Source: Caldimicrobium thiodismutans
GTDB taxonomy: Bacteria > Desulfobacterota > Thermodesulfobacteria > Thermodesulfobacteriales > Thermodesulfobacteriaceae
Length of the DNA stretch: 32,000 bases
Assembly (NCBI RefSeq): GCF_001548275.1
Contig: NZ_AP014945.1
Location: 420,001 to 452,000 of the forward strand
Direction: 5' to 3'
Part shown: one piece after another, positions 25,314 through 32,000 of the stretch
How positions within the stretch are numbered: position 1 is the stretch's first letter
Layout: the number at the start of each line of letters is the position of its first letter
Position numbers and translations under genes: made by a program
The notes under the pieces: generated by a model
What the model saw: the letters and a program-made list of their open reading frames with translations, nothing else
Told to the model about the DNA's origin: nothing
The model's database searches: none

Positions 25314-26360
25314 TTATATTAACGCCTTCATTGCTGTAGCTAAAGCCATAATTCCTTGTGTACTAATAGTATTTAAATAATTTGGATCAATATTTTCTGA
25401 AATATTAATTTTTTTATTAATTGTTACTTTTCTTACTTCAACTTTTAATAGATCAGATATTAAAGAATGAATACCAGGAATTCGTGCTCCTCCACCAATG
25501 ATATAAAAAACCTCTGGCCAAACACCATATTTTGTTTTAACAATTTCTCCACCAAATTTAACTTCTTCAAGCAGTTTTTTAATAAAATCTTTATAAAATT
25601 CCTTAATTTTAAGGCCTCTTGTGTCTGCAGGTGGGTTGTGGAGATATCTCTCTGCCATGTCATGAGTAACTTTTAGATCCTTGACTACTTTATTTTTTAA
25701 CTCTTTAAATCCAAGATTAAATAGTTCTCGTGTATATACAGGAACATCCTTATTAGAAAAATGTATTTTAATTTTTTCATGCCCCCAATCAATAATGGCT
25801 CTATTTTCTTGACCATACAGAAATTCAAAAAAATTATGGAGATTTATAAAATCAGCATCTATATTTTCAAGAGTATAATTTAAACTTTTAAATATGTTTT
25901 GAACTTTATCAATGTTATCTTTTTTGGCAACTAAGTAATAGACATCATAACTTCCTTTTTCAGGAATGATAAAATAGCTGTAATAAACATCATCTAATTT
26001 ATAAGGGATTTCGTCATTAATTTGTTTTTTTATTTCTTGAAGGGCTTCTGGACTATTAACTGAGAACTTTCCAAAAATAGTTAATTCATAAGGAATTGAA
26101 AGAAAAATTCTATGGGTTTTAGGTTGGAAGTTTGTAAAAATATTTTTGAGATTGGTTCTTAGTAGCTGTTCATCATTAACTATTTGATTAATAATAGTAG
26201 TTTCAAAGGTCCTTGCCTGACAGAATCCATTGAGAGTTGGTTTATCACCTGATAAGGATATTTCTACCATTTTTATTGAATAGGAACCAATGTCAAGGCC
26301 TATAAAATTATTCTTCCCGTTTCTACTAATTTTTTGAAACAAGTTTTTTAAAATTTTCAT
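25314..26360 (-). CDS. pilM: Type IV pilus assembly ATPase-fold protein PilM
   Basis: 348 aa with an actin-like fold (IGLDIGSYSIKMVE, IIGGGARIPG). First gene of pilMNOPQ. Confidence 0.88.
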   Translation of the reverse strand: MKILKNLFQKISRNGKNNFIGLDIGSYSIKMVEISLSGDKPTLNGFCQARTFETTIINQIVNDEQLLRTNLKNIFTNFQPKTHRIFLSIPYELTIFGKFSVNSPEALQEIKKQINDEIPYKLDDVYYSYFIIPEKGSYDVYYLVAKKDNIDKVQNIFKSLNYTLENIDADFINLHNFFEFLYGQENRAIIDWGHEKIKIHFSNKDVPVYTRELFNLGFKELKNKVVKDLKVTHDMAERYLHNPPADTRGLKIKEFYKDFIKKLLEEVKFGGEIVKTKYGVWPEVFYIIGGGARIPGIHSLISDLLKVEVRKVTINKKINISENIDPNYLNTISTQGIMALATAMKALI

Positions 26361-26369
26361 TGAGAATTA

Positions 26370-26396
26370 ATTATATTAAATTTAAAAATTTGTCAA
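26370..26396 (-). promoter_or_regulatory. Putative pilM promoter
   Basis: On the minus strand: TTGACA (26391-26396), a 15-nt spacer, then TATAAT (26370-26375). Only 9 nt separate it from the ATG, and there is no SD. The -35 box lies in the left terminal repeat of R3. Confidence 0.45.
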
Positions 26397-26607
26397 GAGG
26401 ATTTATGCGTCCATATCTTTTGAGACTCTATAGGATTTTTTCTTTGGGCGTAACACAAATTGAGTCTCTCTAAATACTCATTCCCCTTCGGAAAGAAAGG
26501 ATAAAAAATCTGCAAAATCTTTCCTTAATTAGGGGTTTAAATTTATAAACTCCTACATGGAGCTTTTTACCATCCCTCCTTTTTCTTGTAAGAATCTGAA
26601 CTTATGC
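26390..26607 (+). repeat. Intergenic repeat copy R3 (same orientation as R1; right end degenerate)
   Basis: 26390-26443 aligns to 6634-6687 (TTGTCAAGAGG-ATTTATGCGTCCATATCTTTTGAGACTC...GATTTTTTCT). 26565-26607 aligns to 6790-6836 (CTTTTTACCATCCCTCCTTTTTCTTGTAAGAATCTGAACTTATGC). The central TTAGGGGTTTAAAT resembles GTAGGGGTTCAAAAT in R1. Confidence 0.6.
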
Positions 26608-26741
26608 AAAAAAAAGAGGACTTCCAGGAGAGGAATCCTTTAATAAGAAGATTTAGAGCAAAATTGGGTGTTTAATGGAGAAGATATACTAAACTCTTAA
26701 AAATAGGGTAAAATAAGCCAAAAAAATTTCTGAGGTGGGTT

Positions 26742-27893
26742 ATGCTTGATTATAACATAACCGATGAGCAAAGGTTACTTGTTGACTTAGTAAAACGAAT
26801 TGGAGAGGAATATATCTTACCCCATGCCTTAAGTTGGGACGAAAAAGAGCTCTATGACCCCACTCCCATTCGTGCACTGGCAGATGCAGATCTCTTTGGG
26901 ATTATTGTTCCTCAAGAGTTTGGAGGGCTTGGAATGGGGGTCTTGGAGATGTGTTTAGCTGTGGAGTGGCTTTCCTATTTTTGTGCTGGTGTTTCCACAA
27001 CTTATGCGGCATCCTTTCTCGGAGCCTATCCTTTAATTCTTTTCGGAAATAAGGAGCAAAAAGAAAAGTATTTACCTGAGGTTGCACAGGGTAAAAAACT
27101 TTGTGCCTTTGCCTTAACAGAGCCCCAAGCTGGAAGTGATGCCTTTGCTATAAAGACTACTGCTAAGAGGGAAGGGGATTTTTATGTGCTTAACGGGGTT
27201 AAACAGTGGATAACTAATGGAGGTATAGCTGATCTCTATATAGTTATAGCTTTGACTGATCCTAACAAAGGCCCCCGTGGAGCCAGTGCTTTTATTATAG
27301 AAAAGAGTGATCAGGGTTTTTCCTTCGGCAGAAAAGAGAAAAAACTTGGGCTTAAGGCCTCTATAACTACGGATTTATTTTTTAATGACTGCAAAATTCC
27401 AGCAGACAGGCTTATCAGTAGAGAGGGAATGGGCTTTATGGTAGCTTTAAGAACCCTTGATTATGCAAGATGTGGAGCTGGAGCTCAGGCGTTGGGTATT
27501 GCTCAGGCAGCCCTTGAGGTAAGCTTAAGACATGCCAAAAAAAGGATACAATTTGGTCAGCCTGTATATAATTTTCAGGCAGTAAGTCATACCTTTGCTG
27601 AAATGGCCATGCGCCTTGAGTCCGCAAGAGCCCTTGTTTATAATGTTGCAAGATATATTGATAGAGGAGCCAAAGATTTTTCCGGAGCATCCGCTATGGC
27701 TAAATGTTTTGCAACGGATCAGACCATGTGGATCTGTGAAAGAGCCCTTCAAATGATGGGAGGCTATGGCTATATGAGGGACTATCCTGTGCAAAAATAT
27801 CTTAGGGATGCCAAATGTCTTCAGATTTATGAGGGCACAAATGAGATTCAGAAAAATGTTATTGCCAGAGAACTGGCAAAGTTTTATAAATAG
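26742..27893 (+). CDS. Acyl-CoA dehydrogenase (short/medium-chain, butyryl-CoA dehydrogenase-like)
   Basis: 383 aa with LTEPQAGSDA, WITNGG and a catalytic-base region (YEGTNEIQ). Confidence 0.9.
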   Translation: MLDYNITDEQRLLVDLVKRIGEEYILPHALSWDEKELYDPTPIRALADADLFGIIVPQEFGGLGMGVLEMCLAVEWLSYFCAGVSTTYAASFLGAYPLILFGNKEQKEKYLPEVAQGKKLCAFALTEPQAGSDAFAIKTTAKREGDFYVLNGVKQWITNGGIADLYIVIALTDPNKGPRGASAFIIEKSDQGFSFGRKEKKLGLKASITTDLFFNDCKIPADRLISREGMGFMVALRTLDYARCGAGAQALGIAQAALEVSLRHAKKRIQFGQPVYNFQAVSHTFAEMAMRLESARALVYNVARYIDRGAKDFSGASAMAKCFATDQTMWICERALQMMGGYGYMRDYPVQKYLRDAKCLQIYEGTNEIQKNVIARELAKFYK

Positions 27894-27901
27894 GGGGCTT
27901 T

Positions 27902-28693
27902 ATGGATAAAATTATAGTTTGTATAAAAGGAGTGCCAAGGCCTGAGACCGTTAAGGTAGATCCGGAAACTCATACCCTCAAAAGGGAATCAGCAGAACTT
28001 ATTCTTAATCCCAATGATAGAAGTGCTTTGGAAATGGCTATGCGCTTAAAAGCGACCTATGGGGCAGAGGTTATAGTTATCACCATGGGGCCTCCTAATG
28101 TCTTGCCACTCTTGAGAGAAGCCTATGCCCTTGGGGCAGATAGAATTATTTTACTTTCTGATAGAGCCTTTGCTGGAGCCGATACCTTAGCGACAAGCCG
28201 AGTGCTTGCAAAAGCCATAGAAAGATTATCCCCCTTCAGTCTTGTGCTCATGGGCCTTAAGTCTTTAGATGGAGAAACTGCCCAGGTTCCTCCAGAGACT
28301 GCAGCTATCCTTGGAATACCTTCAGTTATAAATGTTCAAAAAATAACCTTTGAAGAAGGGATAGGTATGGTTTTAAGGGAATCGGAATATGGTTTTGAAG
28401 AGCTTGAGATTGAGCCTCCTTTTCTGGTTAGTCTCCATCCTAAGCTGGATTACTACAGACCCCCTTCCTATAAAAGACTCTTAAAGGCAAGAACCCTTGA
28501 GGCTGAGGTGCTTACTGCCAGGGATTTGGATCTTCCAGAGGAATGGTTAGGATTAAAGGGGTCACCTACCCAGGTTGCAGATGTTTTTGAGAAAAAGTTT
28601 GTGGAAAGAGGTGAGATCTGGGAAGGTGAGCCAGATGAACTTGCAGAAAAGTTATTAAGTTTTCTTAAAGAAAAGGGATTTCTTAAAAATTAA
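27902..28693 (+). CDS. etfB: Electron transfer flavoprotein beta subunit
   Basis: 263 aa with IVCIKGVP...VDPETHTLKRE...LNPNDRSALE and LDGETAQVPPETAAILGIP. Confidence 0.9.
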   Translation: MDKIIVCIKGVPRPETVKVDPETHTLKRESAELILNPNDRSALEMAMRLKATYGAEVIVITMGPPNVLPLLREAYALGADRIILLSDRAFAGADTLATSRVLAKAIERLSPFSLVLMGLKSLDGETAQVPPETAAILGIPSVINVQKITFEEGIGMVLRESEYGFEELEIEPPFLVSLHPKLDYYRPPSYKRLLKARTLEAEVLTARDLDLPEEWLGLKGSPTQVADVFEKKFVERGEIWEGEPDELAEKLLSFLKEKGFLKN

Positions 28694-28712
28694 TAGGGAG
28701 GATTTTAAGACT

Positions 28713-29690
28713 ATGGCAGATATTATTATAGCCTATGGCGAATATTTTCAGGGTAGGCTTCATCCTGCAAGCCTTGAGATTTTGACCCCCCTTTATGAGA
28801 TAGCTGAGAAAATGAAAAAAAGGCTTGTCCTTCTTATACTTAGCAAGGATAAAGAAGAAATCAAGAATTCTCCGGATTTAAAAAAGGCTTTATGTCATGA
28901 GGTATGGATTGTGGAGTCTTCAGAATTTACAGGATTTAAAGACGACCTTTATTCCAGGGTAGTGACTGAGGTTGTAAGAGAAAAAAATTCCTATGGAGTT
29001 TTTTTCCCATCTACCTTTCAAGGGCTTTCTCTTGCCCCGAGAATAGCTGGTCTCCTTGGGGTTGGGCTTTGTGCGCATGTGAATGCCTTTGAGCTTGGGG
29101 AGGATAAACTTTTAATGCTAAGACCTACATATGGGGAAAATATTATGGCCAAGCTTTATTCTACGACTTTACCCATTATGGCAACTATCGCCTTGGGAGC
29201 CTTCCCCATAAGAGAGGCTCTCCAAGAGCCAGAATTTAAAGAGATTAGACTTTCCGCTGATTTTAACTGGAAAAGTAAAATCAGACTTAGAAAGTTTATT
29301 TCCTCAAAAAAAGAACCCAATAGATTAAGCGTAGCCAAGGTGGTTTTGGCAGGAGGACTTGGATTAAAAAAGAGGGAAAATTTTGAGAAATTGCAGGATC
29401 TGGCCAAGCATCTTGAGGCTGAAGTGGGAGTTACAAGACCACTTTGTTATGCAGGTTGGATGGATGAAGAACATATGATCGGAGTAAGTGGCGTTACCGT
29501 GAGACCTAAACTTTACATTGGGTTTGGTATTTCAGGTGCTATCCAGCATACCTCTGGAATGGAAAATTCTGAGTTTATCATTGCTGTAAACACAGATAAA
29601 GAGGCTCCTCTGGTTAAGATGGCACATCTTTCTTTGATTTGTGATGCAGGTGCCCTTTTGGATGCCCTTCTTAAGCGTTTGAGAGTTTAA
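28713..29690 (+). CDS. etfA: Electron transfer flavoprotein alpha subunit
   Basis: 325 aa with the C-terminal FAD-binding motif (YIGFGISGAIQHTSGM...IIAVNTDKEAP). Confidence 0.9.
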   Translation: MADIIIAYGEYFQGRLHPASLEILTPLYEIAEKMKKRLVLLILSKDKEEIKNSPDLKKALCHEVWIVESSEFTGFKDDLYSRVVTEVVREKNSYGVFFPSTFQGLSLAPRIAGLLGVGLCAHVNAFELGEDKLLMLRPTYGENIMAKLYSTTLPIMATIALGAFPIREALQEPEFKEIRLSADFNWKSKIRLRKFISSKKEPNRLSVAKVVLAGGLGLKKRENFEKLQDLAKHLEAEVGVTRPLCYAGWMDEEHMIGVSGVTVRPKLYIGFGISGAIQHTSGMENSEFIIAVNTDKEAPLVKMAHLSLICDAGALLDALLKRLRV

Positions 29691-30138
29691 GAAAGGCCTT
29701 AAATCTTTTTCTAAGTCTTTTTATATGATCCCCTTCCCAGTAAAGTTTGTCGCACTTGGGACAATAGTTGAATTCTTTATATCTTTCCCAGACTTTGGGT
29801 GGAATTCTATTCCTAAAGTCTTCTTTTTTAACAGGCAGGAGTTTTTCTCCACAAAGGGTGCATATATCAAGGGAGAGAGAGGCCTTAAGATTTAATTTAT
29901 GAATTAAAAAGAAGAGTTGTTGTTTGAGGGAACCCCTGGGGAGTAAAAGATATTTAAGATTATATTTTTCAAGGAGAGAGGCAGTCTCAGAACTGGTAAT
30001 GAGAAAAAATTTATCCTGATTTTCAGCAATTACTTCAGGGGTTATCTTTTTCACCGCAAGTTCAGCTTTATATCCCATGAAACGGAGCCATTTAGCAAGT
30101 CCCGTGAGAGAGGCCTCTAAGAAAAAGTTCTTTTCCAT
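29671..30138 (-). CDS. Mut7-C RNase domain (DUF82) protein with C-terminal zinc ribbon
   Basis: 155 aa with an N-terminal PIN-like LTGLAKWLRFMGYKA and a zinc ribbon (CTLCGEKL ... CPKCDKLYWEGDH). Confidence 0.7.
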   Translation of the reverse strand: MEKNFFLEASLTGLAKWLRFMGYKAELAVKKITPEVIAENQDKFFLITSSETASLLEKYNLKYLLLPRGSLKQQLFFLIHKLNLKASLSLDICTLCGEKLLPVKKEDFRNRIPPKVWERYKEFNYCPKCDKLYWEGDHIKRLRKRFKAFLKLSNA

Positions 30139-30261
30139 TTTAAAATTGAAGAGATTTATTTAATATTTTACTCCTTAATCTCAGGCTGTAAATTTTTTAA
30201 AAATGTTAAGAAAAAAAATAAAAATTAGAACTTATTTTTAGTTATTTTACTAAAACGGGTC

Positions 30262-30290
30262 TTGACAAAACTGAATTTTTTTAATAATAT
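30262..30290 (+). promoter_or_regulatory. Putative sigma70-type dsrAB promoter
   Basis: Consensus TTGACA (30262-30267), a 17-nt spacer, then TAATAT (30285-30290). It lies about 31 nt upstream of the dsrA ATG, with a GGGAGG RBS at 30311-30316. Confidence 0.55.
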
Positions 30291-30321
30291 GTAAGCGACA
30301 AAAAAATGTAGGGAGGTTATT

Positions 30322-31620
30322 ATGGGAGAGGTAAAAAAACATGACACACCATTGATGGATGAGTTGAAGTCAGGTCCGTGGCCCAGTTTTGTAGATGATA
30401 TTTATAGTTATGCTGAAAAGCATAAAAAGCAGGCTGGGTTTGACATTATGGGCCAGATGGAACTCTCTTACAAAAACAAAGAGACCCATTGGAAGCATGG
30501 CGGAATCGTAGGTGTTTTTGGTTACGGTGGAGGGGTTATTGGTCGTTATTCAGACCAGCAAGAAAAGTTTCCTGCTATCTGGGCCTTTCACACCGTTCGT
30601 GTAAATCAACCAGCGGCTAAATGGTATCACTCTTCAGCTTTAAGAAAACTTTGTGACCTCTGGGATCATCGTGGTTCAGGAATTATGAATTTGCATGGTT
30701 CCACAGGAGATATTATTCTTCTTGGAACAGTAACTGAACAACTTGAATATATCTTTTATGATTTGACTCATCAGCTCAATATGGATCTTGGAGGTTCGGG
30801 TTCAAATCTTAGAACTCCTGAGTGTTGTATGGGTATGTCAAGATGTGAATGGTCCTGCATCGATACTCAGGACATGATTCATGAATTCACCAATCAATTT
30901 CAGGATGAGCTTCATAGACCTGCCTTTCCTTATAAGTTTAAGATAAAGATTTCCGGGTGCCCCAATGATTGTGTGGCAGCCATTGCCCGTTCAGATTTTT
31001 CTATTATTGGAACCTGGAGAGATGATATCAGGATTGATCAAGAGGCTGTGAGGGCTTATGTAGGTGGTGAGCTAAAGCCAAATGCAGGAGCCCATTCAGA
31101 TAGAGATTGGGGTCCCTTTGATATCAAGAAAGAGGTCATTGATCTTTGTCCCACTAAGTGTATGCACTGGGATGAAGGTCAGAAGAAGCTTTACATTAAC
31201 AATGCCGAATGTAATAGATGTATGCACTGTATCAATGTAATGCCTGAAGCCCTTAGGCCAGGCCTTGATACCGGAGCAACCATTCTTATGGGTGCCAAGG
31301 CCCCTATCTTAGAGGGTGCTCAACTTTCAACTGTCATTATTCCTTTTATAAAGACTGAACCACCCTATGATAATATTAAGAATCTCATTTACAAAGTCTG
31401 GGATTACTGGATGGAAAATGGTAAGAATCGTGAAAGGCTGGGTGAGACCATTCAGAGAATCGGATTGAATAGATTTATCGTAGATGTTCTTGGGCTTAAA
31501 CCTTTACCACAGCATGTTAGAGAGCCTCGTTCTAATCCATATATTTTCTGGAAGGAAGAAGAGGTGGAAGGTGGCTGGACAAGAGATGTGGCTGAATTCA
31601 GAAAACGCCATCCAGCCTAA
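30322..31620 (+). CDS. dsrA: Dissimilatory sulfite reductase alpha subunit
   Basis: 432 aa with an N-terminal LKSGPWPSFV, siroheme/[4Fe-4S] Cys clusters (CCMGMSRCEWSC, CPNDC) and a ferredoxin insert (CNRCMHCINVMP). Confidence 0.93.
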   Translation: MGEVKKHDTPLMDELKSGPWPSFVDDIYSYAEKHKKQAGFDIMGQMELSYKNKETHWKHGGIVGVFGYGGGVIGRYSDQQEKFPAIWAFHTVRVNQPAAKWYHSSALRKLCDLWDHRGSGIMNLHGSTGDIILLGTVTEQLEYIFYDLTHQLNMDLGGSGSNLRTPECCMGMSRCEWSCIDTQDMIHEFTNQFQDELHRPAFPYKFKIKISGCPNDCVAAIARSDFSIIGTWRDDIRIDQEAVRAYVGGELKPNAGAHSDRDWGPFDIKKEVIDLCPTKCMHWDEGQKKLYINNAECNRCMHCINVMPEALRPGLDTGATILMGAKAPILEGAQLSTVIIPFIKTEPPYDNIKNLIYKVWDYWMENGKNRERLGETIQRIGLNRFIVDVLGLKPLPQHVREPRSNPYIFWKEEEVEGGWTRDVAEFRKRHPA

Positions 31621-31660
31621 GCAAAAAATGAATTAAAACAAATTTTAATAGGAGGGGAAC

Positions 31661-32000
31661 ATGAGCGAAAGACCAGAAAGACCAGATCCAATTTATACTC
31701 AACCTTATGATCCAACCTTAGCTGAAAAACTTTATAATCCTCAGAAACCTATGGAAAATAGAATTACTGATATTGGTCCTCCACATTATTGGCAGTTTTT
31801 ACCGCCTGTCATTCAGAGAAATTACGGTAAATGGAAATCTCACGAAATTATTCAGCCAGGTGTTATAAAGTATAAGGCTGAGTCTGGAGAGGTAGTTTAT
31901 GCTGTCCGTTGTGGAACGCCAAGGCTTGAAACAACTGATTATGTAAGGGAGATTTGTGAAATTGCTGATAAATACTGTGATGGATATGTCCGCTGGACAA
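31661..32000 (+). CDS. dsrB: Dissimilatory sulfite reductase beta subunit, N-terminal fragment (runs off the right edge)
   Basis: Hand translation: MSERPERPDPIYTQPYDPTLAEKLYNPQKPMENRITDIGPPHYWQFLPPVIQRNYGKWKSHE... The RBS GGAGGGG lies at 31651-31657, and the gene directly follows dsrA. Confidence 0.88.
   Translation, partial: MSERPERPDPIYTQPYDPTLAEKLYNPQKPMENRITDIGPPHYWQFLPPVIQRNYGKWKSHEIIQPGVIKYKAESGEVVYAVRCGTPRLETTDYVREICEIADKYCDGYVRWT

Noticed and set aside
6634-26607. Whether the three repeats could be a CRISPR array or another short tandem array
   Set aside because: The units are about 200 bp, kilobases apart, partly inverted and only about 70-80 percent similar in blocks. No cas genes are present.
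30225-30270. GAACTTAT...TCTTGACAAAA upstream of dsrA as a fourth repeat end
   Set aside because: It shares only GAACTTAT and the extended -35 box. The spacing is about twice as long and the GATATGG box is absent, so it is probably just a good sigma70 promoter.

Overview
AT-rich bacterial chromosomal window. dsrAB at the right edge together with waaA and a PilQ secretin suggests a diderm sulfate/sulfite reducer, but the taxon cannot be verified here. Layout: (1) 1-6096, minus strand: a tightly packed chemosensory cluster, mcp-cheW(x3)-cheB-HEAT-cheR-cheY; cheY runs off the left edge and no cheA is visible. (2) 6097-6880: an unusually long non-coding stretch containing a roughly 216-bp inverted-repeat-bounded element. 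(3) tRNA-Pro(CGG) followed 20 nt later by ttcA. (4) 7749-21637: about 14 kb of same-strand, overlapping housekeeping genes: plsY, DUF342/FapA-like, a hypothetical, tilS, ftsH, folP, cdaA, cdaR, glmM, a small ORF, a NapH-like ferredoxin, rph, rdgB, pgeF and waaA. (5) 21874-26360: pilMNOPQ. (6) acd-etfBA, a Mut7-C/DUF82 protein, then dsrA and the start of dsrB. The best novelty candidates are two. First, the all-soluble chemosensory module: a receptor with two signalling hairpin tips exactly 300 residues apart, a triple-CheW scaffold and a HEAT-repeat protein. Second, a family of about 200-220-bp intergenic repeats present in three copies. These carry outward-facing -35 boxes, sit at the che cluster boundary and bracket the pil operon in inverted orientation. 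No CRISPR array, rRNA, transposase or recognisable defence genes were seen.
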